This document shows, in pieces, positions 62,901-63,845 of a stretch of DNA of 63,845 nucleotides. Every line of letters begins with the position of its first letter. Within the stretch, counting starts at the first letter, position 1. The stretch comes from Rhynchobatus australiae (taxonomy: Eukaryota), in NCBI GenBank assembly GCA_034780895.1, contig JAUZTB010000072.1, positions 20,616,535-20,680,379 on the forward strand, in the 5' to 3' direction. The translations under genes were made by a program, and so were the position numbers. The notes under the pieces are model-generated. The model was not told the origin of the DNA and ran no database searches. It saw only the letters and a list, made by a program, of their open reading frames with translations.

Positions 62901-63845
62901 AGATTTTAAAGTTGAATCAATATTTAATTATTTTCGAGCAAATAAAACCAGGAATCTGCCACCTGACTTGGAACACTCCTGGGTGTGTGTGGTTTGCAAA
63001 GTATTTATCCTGAATAAGAGACATTATACCAGCAAAAAAAACCACACCAAGAATGGCAAGTAGTCAGGCACTGCTTTTACCTGATAATTCATCTGGAGAA
63101 TCTAAAAATTTATAGCTCCTTGTTAGAAATGGATACATTCATGAATAACAAGTATGCTAAAATTTTAGCAAGATTGACAGCGAGGGTTCAAATAATTTAG
63201 CATATTACTAATAATGCCCACATCATTTTGTCAAAACAAAGTTCATCGTAAAAGGGAACTGGCAAGTAATGTCTTTTAAACATGCCATCTTACAGACTTC
63301 AATCAAACCAAATCACACAAACAGAAAGGGCCAAGTTGAATATCTGATTTGTTCGGTTTTAGGTTTCAGCTAGGTTGGGATTGTAATTATAACTCCAGCA
63401 GAGACAAAGAATAAAAAAATCTGTTGCAATTTCCTTCATATTTCTACTAAAGTGCACTGATGTGAAATAAGCTTGGGCTTGGTTACGGAGGTTGTATACT
63501 CTTCTTGTTCCATTGGTTACTGAGATACACATCTCCTATACCCAGGAGCACCTGGCAGCCAAATAACCCAGATTATTTTTAAGTCTGGCACTACAAAAGA
63601 ACTTTATATATAAACCAGGTTCTCCCGACATTCTGGAAGCAGTGAGCGGGCAGAAGAGCACTTACGAGCATTACAAAGCATTGCTGCAACTCCAGCACTC
63701 GTGGAACGACCGCAGCCAGTCTGCACATGCACGGAATTAGAGCCTGGCTTCCTGGCCCGTGCCCGATGGGATGGGACCTGACTCTATGCGTCTACCCTGA
63801 TAAAACATTTAAGGTTCAGTGCAGCTCAGTACTTCATCCAGTTCA

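Noticed and set aside
1-63845. CRISPR arrays, operons or prokaryotic defence systems
   Set aside because: No repeat-spacer array or dense coding; the sequence is clearly vertebrate repeat-rich non-coding DNA.

Overview
Eukaryotic (vertebrate) genomic DNA from a draft assembly with about 16 N-gaps, almost certainly a cartilaginous fish (shark or ray), judged from its repeat families. I could not recognise any protein-coding exon, tRNA, rRNA or known miRNA. The ORF track is explained by chance ORFs, N-gaps, microsatellites and decayed transposon reading frames. The window looks like a very long intron (a minus-strand host gene is weakly suggested) or an intergenic tract. It is filled with decayed CR1, L2, L1/Tx1, RTE and Rex/Babar LINE pieces, SINEs, a Gypsy 3' end, Harbinger and Tigger-like DNA elements, and about 9-10 Penelope-like terminal repeats. 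Four signals stand out. (1) The Penelope-like repeats carry a minimal type I hammerhead ribozyme motif (best copy 30703-30740), with an extra core nucleotide and recurrent fold-back or tandem arrangements. (2) Two minus-strand YAG|GTAAG sites with long AG-free zones resemble recursive splice sites or short alternative exons. (3) A CR1-group LINE has a clean twin-priming-like 5' inversion. (4) A near-perfect hairpin is built from the head of an old SINE. Repeat family calls rest on translated motifs and remembered consensus sequences, not database searches, and boundaries are approximate.
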